A DNA stretch of 64,000 bases, from assembly GCA_002269645.1 (NCBI GenBank), contig NIVC01002949.1, forward strand, positions 62,001-126,000, read 5' to 3'. The position numbers and the translations under genes were made by a program. Below are positions 1 to 15,908 of the stretch, piece after piece. How positions within the stretch are numbered: the stretch's first letter is position 1; each line of letters starts with the position of its first letter. The notes under the pieces were generated by a model. It did not search any database and was not told the DNA's origin. It saw only the letters and a list, made by a program, of their open reading frames with translations. The DNA comes from Macrostomum lignano. Taxonomy: Eukaryota.

Positions 1-2
1 CT

Positions 3-833
3 CGGCGCGACTTCCGCCGGGAGACTCGGCTGCTGGCGCGCCTGCGCGATCCCAACATTGTCCGCCTGCTGGCCGTGGTGTCCGAGTCGATGGCCAACGG
101 TGACGGTACGACGACGGCGACGGCGAGACGGCGACAAACGATGCTGCTGGTTGAGTTCGCGGAGTTCGGCGACCTGCATCAGCTGCTGCTGCGCCGGACA
201 CCGGCCGAGGCCTTGGACAGCCCGGCCAAGTGCCACGGCTGCCTGGTGCACCTGGCCAGTCAGGTTGCCAGCGGCATGAAGTACTTGGAGGCCATGCAGG
301 TTGCCCACCGGGATCTGGCCTGTCGCAACTGCCTGCTGGGCGCCGGCTGCCAGGTGAAAATCTGCGACTTCGGCATGTCCAGGCCGCTGTACTCGGCCAG
401 CTACTGTCGGGTGAACGTCGCCGGCGACGGCGCGTCCAACGCCGGGGCGACTGTCGCCCTGCCAGTCCGCTGGATGTCCTGGGAGGCGGCTCTGCACGGC
501 CGGTTCTCCAGTCGTAGCGACGCCTGGAGCTTCGCCGTGCTCCTGTGGGAGCTGCTGACCTTCTGCCGGGAGCTGCCGCTGGCTCAGCTCACCGACCAGC
601 AGGTGGTTGAGAACTGCCGCCGGGTCATGGATGGCGAGCAGAGCGCGCTGCGACCGTCCAGACCGACGGACTGCCAGCGAGAGCTGTACGACCTCATGAG
701 CGAGTGCTGGCAGCGGGACGAGAGCCGGCGGCCGCGGTTCCGCGAGATGCACCTGTTCTTGAGGCGCAAGTGCATCGGCTTCTGCGCCGAGACAGACTGG
801 CTGATGCGACACCTGACTCTGGCGGACGGCTGA
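3..833 (+). CDS. 3' terminal exon of a discoidin domain receptor (DDR)-like receptor tyrosine kinase; 5' end lies outside the window
   Basis: The frame is open from nt 3 (RRDFRRETRLLARLRDPNIVRLL, cf. DDR 'DFLKEVKIMSRLKDPNIIRLL'). It contains HRDLACRN, ICDFGMSR, LPVRWMSWE, SDAWSFAVLLWELLTFCRELP and CWQRDESRRPRFREMHLFL, and stops at 831-833. Confidence 0.85.
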   Translation, partial: RRDFRRETRLLARLRDPNIVRLLAVVSESMANGDGTTTATARRRQTMLLVEFAEFGDLHQLLLRRTPAEALDSPAKCHGCLVHLASQVASGMKYLEAMQVAHRDLACRNCLLGAGCQVKICDFGMSRPLYSASYCRVNVAGDGASNAGATVALPVRWMSWEAALHGRFSSRSDAWSFAVLLWELLTFCRELPLAQLTDQQVVENCRRVMDGEQSALRPSRPTDCQRELYDLMSECWQRDESRRPRFREMHLFLRRKCIGFCAETDWLMRHLTLADG

Positions 834-884
834 GCATGAAGGAGAGGCGTATCTATGACATAGTGGGATGACAAAGGGTTATTT

Positions 885-1210
885 CTAAGGGTATCTGAGC
901 ATATTGAAAAAAACGGGTATTTCTAAGGGTACCTGAGTACAATCACTAAGGGGCATTTCTAAGGGTACCTGAGTACAATCACTAAGGGGTATTTCTAAGG
1001 GTACCTGAGTACAATCACTAAGGGGTATTTTCAAGGGTACCTGAGTACAATCACTAAGGGGTATTTTCAAGGGTACCTGAGCAAATTGAAAAAAACGGGT
1101 ATTTCTAAGGGTACCTGAGTGTATTGACGAAGGGTGCCTGAACATGATGAAAAATGGGTATTTCTAAGGGTACCTGGGCATAATGTCGAAGGGGTATTTC
1201 AATTTGTAAC
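885..1210. repeat. 36-bp minisatellite downstream of the DDR-like stop codon
   Basis: Unit GGGTATTTCTAAGGGTACCTGAGTACAATCACTAAG, degenerate at the edges. Confidence 0.9.
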
Positions 1211-2023
1211 CTAAGCATGATGATACATGTGCATGCGTAAGTACAAGTACACTTTTGAAGTACATGTAGATAACCGAGCATGAATAACAAAGGTGTTATT
1301 TCTTAAGAGCTTTTACACGCGATGATAATGTAAATTACTTGTATTTTATGTACCTGAACATGATGTCAAAGGTGTATTTCTCTAGTATAGATTGGTATGA
1401 GGATGTCCCGGCAAACACTGTCTGTTCAGTCATTCCAGAGTTGCTAGTCAGATGTCTTAAATAAGGCAGCCTGGAAGAGATTAATGCAGCCATGCAATTT
1501 ACTTGCGCTATTAACTTTGTGATTCTGATTGTTCCACCATGACAAAATGATGTACACAATTTATGCACACTCTTAATTTCATAATTCTACCTGACATTTA
1601 AAACAATTGGTAAAAAACAATTACAGAACTTCTCCGTTGTAAATCTGAAATTTATTGTCTTTTTGTTCAAACTGTTTCCATATCATCTTACTAGCAGTAG
1701 ACGCTATTGAAAATTGTTGTACGAGTATATTTTACAGCTTGTCTGTCTGCTTCGCAATTGCAGGAGCATTTAAACTCTACTGTCTCAGTTGTGTTGTATT
1801 TTTTTTGCTGGAAAATTTCGTGTCCAAGTCTGGATTTTTTTGTTAATTATGCTCGCAACTTTCCGGAGTAATTCGAAGCAATCTTGTGACTATAATTATC
1901 TGCGTCTCGCGTTTCTATGCGCAGAGCAATGCAATAAATTTGCGGCAAGTGACTTGTCACCGCTAGTGCACTGCAAAATCGCTGATTTTGGGTTTTTCTT
2001 CAGCATAATAATTTTATACTTAA

Positions 2024-2296
2024 ACATATTCTCATATCGGAGCATGTTCTCATACCTGAGCATGTTCTCATACCTGAGTATGTTCTCATACCTGAGCATG
2101 TTCTCATACCAGAGCATGTTCTCATACCTGAGCATGTTCTCATACCTGAGCATGTTCTCATACCTGAGTATGTTCTCATACCTGAGTATGTTCTCATACC
2201 TGAGCATGTTCTCATACCTGAGCATGTTCTCATGTCTGAGCATGTTCTCATACCTGAGTATGTTCTCATACCTGAGCATGTTCTCATGCCTGAGCA
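2024..2296. repeat. 18-bp minisatellite
   Basis: Unit TCTCATACCTGAGCATGT, about 15 copies. Confidence 0.95.
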
Positions 2297-2896
2297 TCTT
2301 TAGACTACGAGCTATTAATTCAACACTATTGTCAATAGCCCTTCTCAGTGCCATCCATAATTTATAAGTGTGCAATAAATCGAAACAAGAAAGCTTAAAC
2401 AAGCAACAGACCTGGCTAAACAAAAAAACAGACGATTCAATATGGAACCTTTTGCAATCGGAGCTCTTTTTCTCTCTCGCTCCGGTTCCGAAGCGAGGTG
2501 GAGTGAGCTCAGTGAGCACACACACACACACAGGGCGCAATCCTAGAATTCAGGATCCTGCTTTCTGATAAGAAGGCTTCATACCGTACTTCATTTTTCT
2601 TCCCCCCCTCTAACCCGCGGGTTTTATAATTGTCGCTGCCCGCGTGTTGGTTACTTATTATTTCTGCCAAAATTGCCCGTGACGAAGTTCTCAAAAGCTA
2701 TTTTTAGACAATAGAACGAGGATCGTACAGAGGAGAGGGGTGAATTTAGCTCAAAGCCTGAGGCTGAGTGCTGTGCAAGTTTCACAAGCCCCATTGTACC
2801 TCTCATGCATAAAAACAAACCAGGGCAGATAAACAGCATTCAAGAAGCGTAATAGTGCTGTCCGCAGGCTGCTGTGAGAATTCATAGCCGAACAGG

Positions 2897-6734
<3,838 letters not shown>

Positions 6735-7160
6735 CCTCATAGACGCAGTGCTGTTTGAAATCTAAAAAAATTGACCAGGCCTACTTTTTACTAAGTAGCA
6801 TGTTTAGTATATAACACTATTTTTTGTACAAAATGAAATCACAGGAGATTCAGTCTGTTTAGACCGTCTGTGCTTCCGTGTCGCGGCCACTTTTATGCCT
6901 AGCAGCTTGTTACCGCTCTTTAACATTTTACATATACAAGCTTATGTAGTTTTATTAGCTGATTTTCAGCGCGACAACCAAATTAATTGCGCAGTACGCA
7001 GTAGAGAGTGGTAAATTTTTTACTTGTGAACATATAATCCGCATCATTTTCTGATAATTATACTAGGTGTAAAAAATATAATTTTACCGATGCCAAACTC
7101 ACTGTGAAGTGAAGTCGTGCCACTTTTAGCGGCATACCGTGATGTTTTAAAATTTATGAC

Positions 7161-7405
7161 CGAGGGCCTGGACCAAAGATCGTGCCATTTTGGAGGCCTG
7201 TTTCCTGGAAAAAATACACTGCGGAGATAGGAAAAGTACTTTTTTCATCACAAAATCAATTATTTTATTTGATCTATTCTTTAAATTCTTTCTTAACAAT
7301 CTTCACTGCCCGGATCAAATGCAATCGTTGATTTTATAGCTTAGAAAGAAAGGCCTCCAAAAGTGCACGATCATAGTTTGACATTTTATACTACAGTGGT
7401 CCTTG
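7161..7405. mobile_element. Short non-autonomous TIR element, P-like family
   Basis: Exact 8-bp direct repeat TTTATGAC flanks it (7153-7160, 7406-7413). Ends CGAGGGCC...GGTCCTTG. Internal inverted repeat GATCGTGCCATTTTGGAGGCCT / AGGCCTCCAAAAGTGCACGATC. Shares the GAAAAAATACACT(G/A)CGGAGATAG motif with the 33.2-kb and 46.3-kb copies. Confidence 0.7.
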
Positions 7406-7516
7406 TTTATGACCTTGCGTGGTTTAGATTACTGGTTTGATTACGCTAAGAACTCGGTATGCCTTGCTAGGATATCGTTGGGATATGTTCCTTGGGTGAA
7501 TTTATTATTAAATAAT

Positions 7517-7748
7517 GGGCTCACGACTGAAAAGTCGGGGGTTCGATTCTCGACCCAACTCGGAACAATTTGTGTCCTTGAGCAAGACACTTAGCTCTGC
7601 ATTGCTTCATTTCACCCAGCTGTAAAATGGGTGCCAGCATTAGCTGGGGTAATTGAGGGTGGGTGGCGACCCCACCCCTCCCCCCGGTCCTTGGACTGAA
7701 CAGACGTACGCAGCCTTCAGATGCGCCGCACAATGGCTGCGGCTGGGT
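7517..7748 (+). mobile_element. 5'-truncated tRNA-derived CORE-type SINE copy
   Basis: Near-identical to 55410-55640. Retains the B box GGTTCGATTC and the CORE-like TGTGTCCTTGAGCAAGACACTT...CTGTAAAATGGG. Confidence 0.75.
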
Positions 7749-9204
7749 TTCCATTGAAGCAGATTAAACCACATCTCCCTATGTATAGTGAAGCTGGCCC
7801 CCCAGCAGACAGTTACCAGATTTAGGCTAGGAAAAGCTCGAAATTCCCATTTCAACTAAGACTTTTGAAGCTCTGCTCTTGGAGCACGGGGAATTTCATG
7901 GCCTGCAACTCTACAGGTGAGAGACTGGCCAAGCCAGCTCATGCAGTGTTGATCCTGCCTTCGATGCTTTCGCTTTTCTCACTGTCTCCCTCTTTGCTCT
8001 GCTGTCTCTGTTCTTTGTCGTTCTTCTTTCAATTGCCACACACGTAGTTTTTGCGCCACGAGCCAGCGCTTCATTGCCTGCGCCCAGCAACCCCCCCCCG
8101 CCGCTGCCTTGCTGTGGAACTTGCAGCCAGTAATACTGGGCAAACACTGATTCTCTTTGTAGGCGAGACTTCAAGCAAGAATTGTATAAAAATGCTATCT
8201 GTACTCTACCGAAACTGCAACAGTCCTATAGCTATGAATTAAGTGGAATTCATTTTATGTCAGTTCATAGCTGCAATTTTAGAATTGGAAATGGTGAGTT
8301 ACGATAAAATATCTTGCTATTGAATGATTTGGGCATTGCATGTGCTCAATTAGACTCGTTGAATTTCAGGTTAAGACCGTGCTCAAATCCGAAATACCCC
8401 CTTCGCAATGCAGATAAGAGTCAGATAGCAGTGTTGCGCATGGACAGCTGTACGATTTTCAACTAAATAAGTAACTGAAAAAGAATTGCGTTTTTTATCG
8501 CATAGAGCTACTGAATCCGCAGAAGAATAGCAAATTAGTATTGCCTCGGATTATTTATTAGCTGATGGGAAGATTATGGAGAGCATAGAGGAGTGGCAGA
8601 GGAAGAGAGGTTGGGACAGAGAGAGAGAGAGGCTACAGCTCCCTGTAGACCAATAGCAGTTTAGACTTCAAGGCCTTGCACGTGCCTTGACTGTACACTG
8701 TTCTTGTTGTTGGGCGGAGACTATACTCAGCCTGCCAGCACGGAGTGTGCGCTTATTGCTCATGCGGACACTGAAGTTCCTCAGTGCAGCGACCGAGGTA
8801 CAGTGCCGGATCAATACCACTGGCTGTACAGTTACTGATGGCGACTGCGAGGGGGGATTTTTCAGTCTTTGCGACAGCTATAGTATATTATAGCGTTGCT
8901 CCTCCTCCCAATGCGGTTAGCGCCGCCAGCCAGCTAACTAAATTGGCGTTTGGGGAAGCCTTGGAATAGCTACGCTAGTATTTCGTATCAAGTTCATCCA
9001 TCTCTGTCGGCCTATATAAGGACCCGGCTTCTAATTAGCTGCTCTAATACTTTTTCATCTATACTCCCAGTCGCGGCCCTCACACGCAGCTCATACAGGC
9101 GTAAGTGACCGAAATTTAATTTATTTTGGGTTTGTGTCAAAATATTTGATTGAATTCTATTGATTTTTTGGATTTGAGTAGTTGAGTATTTATGAGTGAG
9201 GCTC

Positions 9205-11147
9205 ACTGTCCCTCGGTTTGAGTACCGCATGTAGAGTTACCTCTCAGTTTGAGTATCGCATGAAGAGTTACCTCTCGGTTTGAGTATCGCATGTAGAGTT
9301 ACCTCTCGGTTTGAGTACCGCATGTAGAGTTACCTCTCAGTTTGAGTATCGCATGAAGAGTTACCTCTCGGTTTGAGTATCGCATGTAGAGTTACCTCTC
9401 GGTTTGAGTACCGCATGTAGAGTTACCTCTCGGTTTGAGTATCGCATGAAGAGTTACCTCTCGGTTTGAGTATCGCATGTAGAGTTACCTCTCGGTTTGA
9501 GTATCGCATGTAGAGTTACCTCTCGGTTTGAGTACCGCATGTAGAGTTACCTCTCGGTTTGAGTATCGCATGAAGAGTTACCTCTCGGTTTGAGTATCGC
9601 ATGTAGAGTTACCTCTCGGTTTGAGTATCGCATGAAGAGTTACCTCTCAGTTTGAGTATCGCATGTAGAGTTACCTCTCGGTTTGAGTACCGCATGTAGA
9701 GTTACCTCTCGGTTTGAGTATCGCATGAAGAGTTACCTCTCGGTTTGAGTATCGCATGTAGAGTTACCTCTCGGTTTGAGTGCCACATGTAGAGTTACCT
9801 CTCGGTTTGAGTATCGCATGTAGAGTTACCTCTCGGTTTGAGTACCGCATGTAGAGTTACCTCTCGGTTTGAGTATCGCATGTAGAGTTACCTCTCGGTT
9901 TGAGTACCGCATGTAGAGTTACCTCTCGGTTTGAGTATCGCATGAAGAGTTACCTCTCGGTTTGAGTATCGCATGTAGAGTTACCTCTCGGTTTGAGTGC
10001 CACATGTAGAGTTACCTCTCGGTTTGAGTATCGCATGTAGAGTTACCTCTCGGTTTGAGTATCGCATGAAGAGTTACCTCTCGGTTTGAGTATCGCATGT
10101 AGAGTTACCTCTCGGTTTGAGTATCGCATGAAGAGTTACCTCTCAGTTTGAGTATCGCATGTAGAGTTACCTCTCGGTTTGAGTACCGCATGTAGAGTTA
10201 CCTCTCGGTTTGAGTATCGCATGAAGAGTTACCTCTCGGTTTGAGTATCGCATGTAGAGTTACCTCTCGGTTTGAGTGCCACATGTAGAGTTACCTCTCG
10301 GTTTGAGTATCGCATGAAGAGTTACCTCTCGGTTTGAGTATCGCATGTAGAGTTACCTCTCGGTTTGAGTGCCACATGTAGAGTTACCTCTCGGTTTGAG
10401 TGCCACATGTAGAGTTACCTCTCGGTTTGAGTATCGCATGTAGAGTTACCTCTCGGTTTGAGTACCGCATGTAGAGTTACCTCTCGGTTTGAGTATCGCA
10501 TGTAGAGTTACCTCTCGGTTTGAGTACCGCATGTAGAGTTACCTCTCGGTTTGAGTATCGCATGAAGAGTTACCTCTCGGTTTGAGTATCGCATGTAGAG
10601 TTACCTCTCGGTTTGAGTATCGCATGAAGAGTTACCTCTCAGTTTGAGTATCGCATGTAGAGTTACCTCTCGGTTTGAGTACCGCATGTAGAGTTACCTC
10701 TCGGTTTGAGTATCGCATGAAGAGTTACCTCTCGGTTTGAGTATCGCATGTAGAGTTACCTCTCGGTTTGAGTGCCACATGTAGAGTTACCTCTCGGTTT
10801 GAGTATCGCATGTAGAGTTACCTCTCGGTTTGAGTACCGCATGTAGAGTTACCTCTCGGTTTGAGTATCGCATGTAGAGTTACCTCTCGGTTTGAGTACC
10901 GCATGTAGAGTTACCTCTCGTTTGAGTATCGCATGAAGAGTTACCTCTCGGTTTGAGTATCGCATGTAGAGTTACCTCTCGGTTTGAGTGCCACATGTAG
11001 AGTTACCTCTCGGTTTGAGTATCGCATGAAGAGTTACCTCTCGGTTTGAGTATCGCATGTAGAGTTACCTCTCGGTTTGAGTATCGCATGAAGAGTTACC
11101 TCTCGGTTTGAGTACCGCATGTAGAGTTACCTCTCGGTTTGAGTATC
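9205..11147. repeat. 31-bp minisatellite upstream of the CAP gene
   Basis: Unit GTAGAGTTACCTCTCGGTTTGAGTATCGCAT, about 60 copies. Confidence 0.97.
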
Positions 11148-11226
11148 ATGTGGGCACTTGACATCTCACTTTTATTATCACATCGCCTTCCACCTGGTAC
11201 TTTCCAATATGCAGACCAAAGCCAGG

Positions 11227-13547
11227 ATGGAGCAGTTCATCAAGGAGATCCTGGACTCGCACAATGCTTACCGGAAGCGGCACCAGGCGCCGGCTCTGCG
11301 ACTCAGCCAGGACCTGACCGAGTCCGCCCAGAGCTGGGCTGAGCATATTGCCGGCAACGACAAGCTCGAGCACGATACCCAGTGCCAGAAGGACAAAATT
11401 GGCGAGAATGTGGCCATGAAGTACAGCTCCGTACACAGCGACTTTCCGGGTTAGTTAACCTGCGCTGATAGCTACTAACAATAGTAGAGTGTGTGCTAGA
11501 TTCATATGACTTTCTATGCGAGCAAATGTTACCATTCTCAGGCAACCTGTTTACCGACTATTGGTACCGAGAAATTGAGGACTACAATTTTGAGGGGAAT
11601 GTCGAGGACCAGATTCAGTGCGGTGAGTGCTCGGAGGCTGGGAGGGAGGATCTGGGAGGGCGGCAGCGGCCCAGCAACTGAGGATCTGGGAGGGCGGCAG
11701 AGGCCCAGCAACTGAGGATCTGGTAGGCTGGCCCAACAACTAAGAATCTGGGAGGCTGGCCCAGAAACTGAGGATCTGGGATGTTGGCGGTGGTCCAGAA
11801 ACTGAGGATCTGGGATGTTGGCGGTGGTCCAGAAACTGAGGATCTGGGATGTTGGCGGTGGTCCAAAAACTGAGGATCTGGGATGTTGGCGGTGGTCCAG
11901 AAACTGAGGATCTGGGATGTTGGCGGTAGTCCAGAAACTGAGGATCTGGGATGTTGGCGGTGGTCCAGAAACTGAGGATCTGGGATGTTGGCGGTGGTCA
12001 AGAAACTGAGGATCTGGGATGTTGGCGGTGGTCCAGAAACTGAGGATCTGGGATGTTGGCGGTGGTCCAGAAACTGAGGATCTGGGAGGTTGGCGGTGGT
12101 CCAGAAACTGAGGATCTGGGATGTTGGCGGTGGTCCAGAAACTGAGGATCTGGGATGTTGGCGGTGGTCAAGAAACTGAGGATCTGGGATGTTGGCGGTG
12201 GTCCAAAAACTGAGGATCTGGGATGTTGGCGGTGGTCAAGAAACTGAGGATATGGGATGTTGGCGGTGGTACAAAAACTGAGGATCTGGTATGTTGGCGG
12301 TGGTCCAGAAACTGAGGATCTGGGAGGTTGGCGGTGGGATGGTGTCACATTTAATCACAACCGGCTGCTCTCCATTCTTACGACAGGCCACTTCACCCAG
12401 GTGGTGTGGAAAGCCTCAGAGGAGGTCGGCTTTGGCCGGGCCGTGTCCAAATCTGGCCGAGTGTACGTGGTTAGCCGCTACCGGCCGGCCGGAAATTACA
12501 TGGGCGAGTTCGGCAAGAACGTCCTGCCGCCGGCTGATGGCAAGATCGTGCTGCCCGAGACGGAACAGGGTTAGTGCGGTCAGCCTGTTGGCTGTCAGCA
12601 GTGAACCAGCATTGTTCCCCTCTCAGCATCCCCTATACTCTCTCAGCATCCCCTATCCCCTCTCAGCATCCCCTATCCCCTCTCAGCATCCCCTATCCTC
12701 TCTTAGCATCCCCTATCCCCTCTTAGCATCCCCTATCCCCTCTCAGCATCCCCTATCCCCTCTCAGCATCCCCTATCCCCTCTCAGCATCCCCTATCCCC
12801 TCTCAGCATCCCCTATCCCCTCTCAGCATCCCCTTTCCCCTCTCAGCATCCCCTATCCCCTCTTAGCATCCCCTATCCCCTCTCAGCATCCCCTTTCCCC
12901 TCTCAGCATCCCCTATCCCCTCTTAGCATCCCCTATCCCCTCTCAGCATCCCCTATCCCCTCTCAGCATCCCCTATCCCCTCTCAGCATCCCCTATCCCC
13001 TCTCAGCATCCCCTATCCCCTCTCAGCATCCCCTATCCCCTCTTAGCATCCCCTATCCCCTCTCAGCATCCCCTATCCCTCTCAGCATCCCCTATCCCCT
13101 CTCAGCATCCCCTATCCTCTCTCAGCATCCCCTATCCCCTCTCAGCATCCCCTATCCCCTCTCAGCATCCCCTATCCCCTCTCAGCATCCCCTATCCCCT
13201 CTCAGCATCCCCTATCCCCTCTTAGCATCCCCTATCCCCTCTCAGCATCCCCTATCCCCTCTCAGCATCCTTCAGCCTCTCAACATCTCACTATTTAGAC
13301 GAAACACTGCGCAGCCCGAAAATCCAACTGAATTCCCCGAGCAGGAAAAACTGCTCCAATGCCCGGCGCCAAGCTGGAGGCTGTGATTGGGCCCAATGAC
13401 CCTGCCGATCAGCTGGTGGGCACCCGGATGTCTACAAAGACTTCCGGAAACAAAAAGACAGTGGTGCACACGGAGACCTATCGCACTCCAGAGGGCAACA
13501 CCTACACTAAGGAGCGAGAGACAACCAGCACTGTGCAAGATGAATAA
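11227..13547 (+). CDS. CAP/SCP-domain protein, GAPR-1/GLIPR2-like, join(11227..11449,11542..11622,12387..12569,13345..13547); a further 5' exon is possible via the acceptor at 11213-11214
   Basis: Motifs [46 protein letters not shown] and [10 protein letters not shown]. No signal peptide. Phase-1 GT-AG introns join in frame. The last exon boundary (gagcag NAGNAG) is less certain. Confidence 0.85.
11640..12337. repeat. 34-bp minisatellite in CAP intron 2
   Basis: Unit CCAGAAACTGAGGATCTGGGATGTTGGCGGTGGT. Confidence 0.95.
12617..13272. repeat. 20-bp C-rich minisatellite in CAP intron 3
   Basis: Unit CCCCTCTCAGCATCCCCTAT. Confidence 0.97.
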
Positions 13548-13869
13548 AGGCAATTTGGCAACCATACTGATTCAAGAGTATTTGTCATTTAAATTGGCGC
13601 CGAAAATTTGTTAGAAGTTAACCAGCTTATTTGGGCATGGGCGATGCTGACTATTATATTGGATAAAATTTCCTACATAAAATTACTTTACTATAGTATA
13701 CGAGCTAGCAACCGCTTTTACTGCCTTGCTTTTTACCTAGATATTTTTCGTAGCCAAAATATTGATTATGGCTTAGTCTACATTAGTGAATTGGCCTTTC
13801 AATAGAGTTAGGATTTTTACCATAAACTGTTAAAATACGTATAGGATTCATTTAGTGTGTATCTAAGGT

Positions 13870-14222
13870 GTGGTTAGAGTTTAAGTTAGGGTTTAGGTTA
13901 AGGTTTAGGTTAGGGTTTAGGTTAGGGTTTAGGTTAGGGTTTATGCTAGGGTTTATGCTAGGGTTTAGGTTAGGGTTTATGCTAGGGTTTATGCTAGGGT
14001 TTAGGTTAGGGTTTAGGTTTAGGTTAGGGTTTAGGTTTAGGTTAGGGTTTAGGTTTAGGTTAGGGTTTAGGTTCAGGTTAGGGTTTAGGTTTAGATAAGG
14101 GTTTAGGTTTAGGTTAGGGTTTAGGTTTAGATAAGGGTTTAGGTTTAGGTTAGGGTTTAGGTTTAGATAAGGGTTTAGGTTTAGATAAGGGTTTAGGTTT
14201 AGGTTAGGCTTTAGGTTAGGAT
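13870..14222 (+). repeat. Interstitial telomere-like array (TTAGGG/TTTAGG)
   Basis: Alternating TTAGGG and TTTAGG hexamers, with TATGCTAGGG and GATAAGGG variants. Confidence 0.8.
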
Positions 14223-14869
14223 TGGGGTCGGCAGTGTGGCTGACAGTAAATTGCCGCAGACCCATATTTTAATTTTGTGTCTATCAATAGTTTAGGTTTT
14301 TTCAAATTTGATTTATTTTATTTTATTCTAACTGCACGAATATAATCCCTTATTTATATGTGCTTTATTAGTGGCCTTGCTTTGATGGTGTACCTTTCAG
14401 TAATTAAGTTTCTATGAGGTGTGAAATCTACTAATTTTACAACTCTTATTCCCACGCAGATATGGCAACGATTAGGATTTCCGATATTCGCAACGAATCG
14501 CTTACCAACTGACTCTGCCAAGTTTTTCCACTCGTTTATCTCTATTATTGCTCCGATGTAAAAACTGTTTATCACCGACAAACATTTTTTTGCCAAAGAC
14601 ACATTTTTGCGTTCCAGCTAAATAGAACTGCAAGTAGTCTTTTGATTGATAGTTAATATTTTAAATCTGCAAGCTCAGCAATTAGTTGCAAAAAATAAAT
14701 ATGACAGTCACAAGTTTATTGCTTAGTGGCTGGCTATCTTAAAACTGTGAATTATCATGGCATGTGAGCAGTTGTGTTATTGATCTTATTGGCCTTAGCA
14801 CTAGCAATTTAAATTTTTATTATACACTAATTTCCGGAGCACGAGACTTTCCTACAGCCGAGTTTCCTG

Positions 14870-15302
14870 TGAAATATTCCCCAGGAGGGTTTCCCCACAT
14901 GAGGCTTTCTTCGTAGGAGGGTTTCCCCGCAGGGAGGGTTTCCTCGCAGGGAGGGTTTCCCTGCAGCAGGGTTTCCCCGCATGGAGGGTTTCCCCGCAGG
15001 GAGGGTTTCTCGGCAGAGAGGGTTTCCCCCAGGGAGGGTTTCCCCGCAGGGAGGGTTTCTCGGCAGGGAGGGTTTTTTGGCAGGGAGGGTTTCTCGGCAG
15101 GGAGGGTTTCTCGGCAGGGAGGGTTTCTCGGCAGGGAGGGTTTCTCGGCAGGGAGGGTTTCTCGGCAGGGAGGGTTTCTCGGCAGGGAGGGTTTCTCGGC
15201 AGGGAGGGTTTCTCGGCAGGGAGGGTTTCTCGGCAGGGAGGGTTTCTCGGCAGGGAGGGTTTCTCGGCAGGGAGGGTTTCTCGGCAGGGAGGGTTGCACA
15301 GG
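14870..15302. repeat. 18-bp G-rich minisatellite
   Basis: Unit GGGAGGGTTTCTCGGCAG, homogeneous on the right and degenerate on the left. Confidence 0.95.
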
Positions 15303-15822
15303 GGTTTCCGCAGGAATATTTTCTTTATTTGCCTGCGATTTGGACCAAACACGCATTGGTTTAAAAGCTTAAACGTTGAAAACAAATTAATCTCAATGAA
15401 CTGAATCTTCAACATCAAACTTCAAAACCTTTGCCCATCGCCGTCCTTTCGCTGTCGGCGACCCCTGTTGCCAAACAAATTCAGAAAATTCTCAGTTCAC
15501 CTGAAAAAATCAATTCCTGCAATCTCAGCAATTTTACCTGCAGTATTCGCGGTTGAGCCAGCTGAAACTCTGCGAGCAAAGTCAAGCAAACAAAGGGTTG
15601 GATTGTCACAATGTAAAATTCAACAGAAACTTTCTGGCGCCGTGTTCAGAGCGCTATGGAATCGGCAAGCAGAAAAGCGGTGTTCAAGTCAGCTGACCAT
15701 CGATCCCCGAGCAAACACCGGCAGTAGCCATGAGCATCAATTTGCGCACCTGCTGGTTGCCAACAAATTCTGTTGCCAAATGTTTGAACGCCGAGTTGCC
15801 AGGTGGTCAAGCAGTCCAGGTG

Positions 15823-15830
15823 CATAAAAA
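15823..15830 (+). promoter_or_regulatory. TATA-like box (CATAAAAA) upstream of the ependymin-like gene
   Basis: CATAAAAA in a GC-rich context about 80 nt upstream of the ATG. The spacing fits a transcription start near 15850-15855. Confidence 0.35.
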
Positions 15831-15908
15831 GCACCCCTGGCCAGCGACCAGAGTCCATCAAGTCCACTCGATTTCTTACTGCCGGACATCCAGACTCTCT
15901 GACTCAAG

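Noticed and set aside
7911-8900. Possible exons upstream of the CAP gene (ATG|GTGAGT at 8291-8299; ORFs at 7911-8174 and 8687-8893)
   Set aside because: The candidate next exon hits a stop quickly and no recognisable homology was found, so it cannot be supported without transcripts.
14354-14602. 82-aa non-repetitive minus-strand ORF
   Set aside because: AT-rich codon usage unlike host genes and no motif I can name; possibly a transposon remnant.
14820-15418. Long ORFs through tandem arrays (also 1789-2540, 11615-12348, 31032-31859, 37724-38347, 48911-49430, 58451-59190)
   Set aside because: They are translations of stop-free repeat units lying in introns or intergenic DNA, with no splice or homology support.
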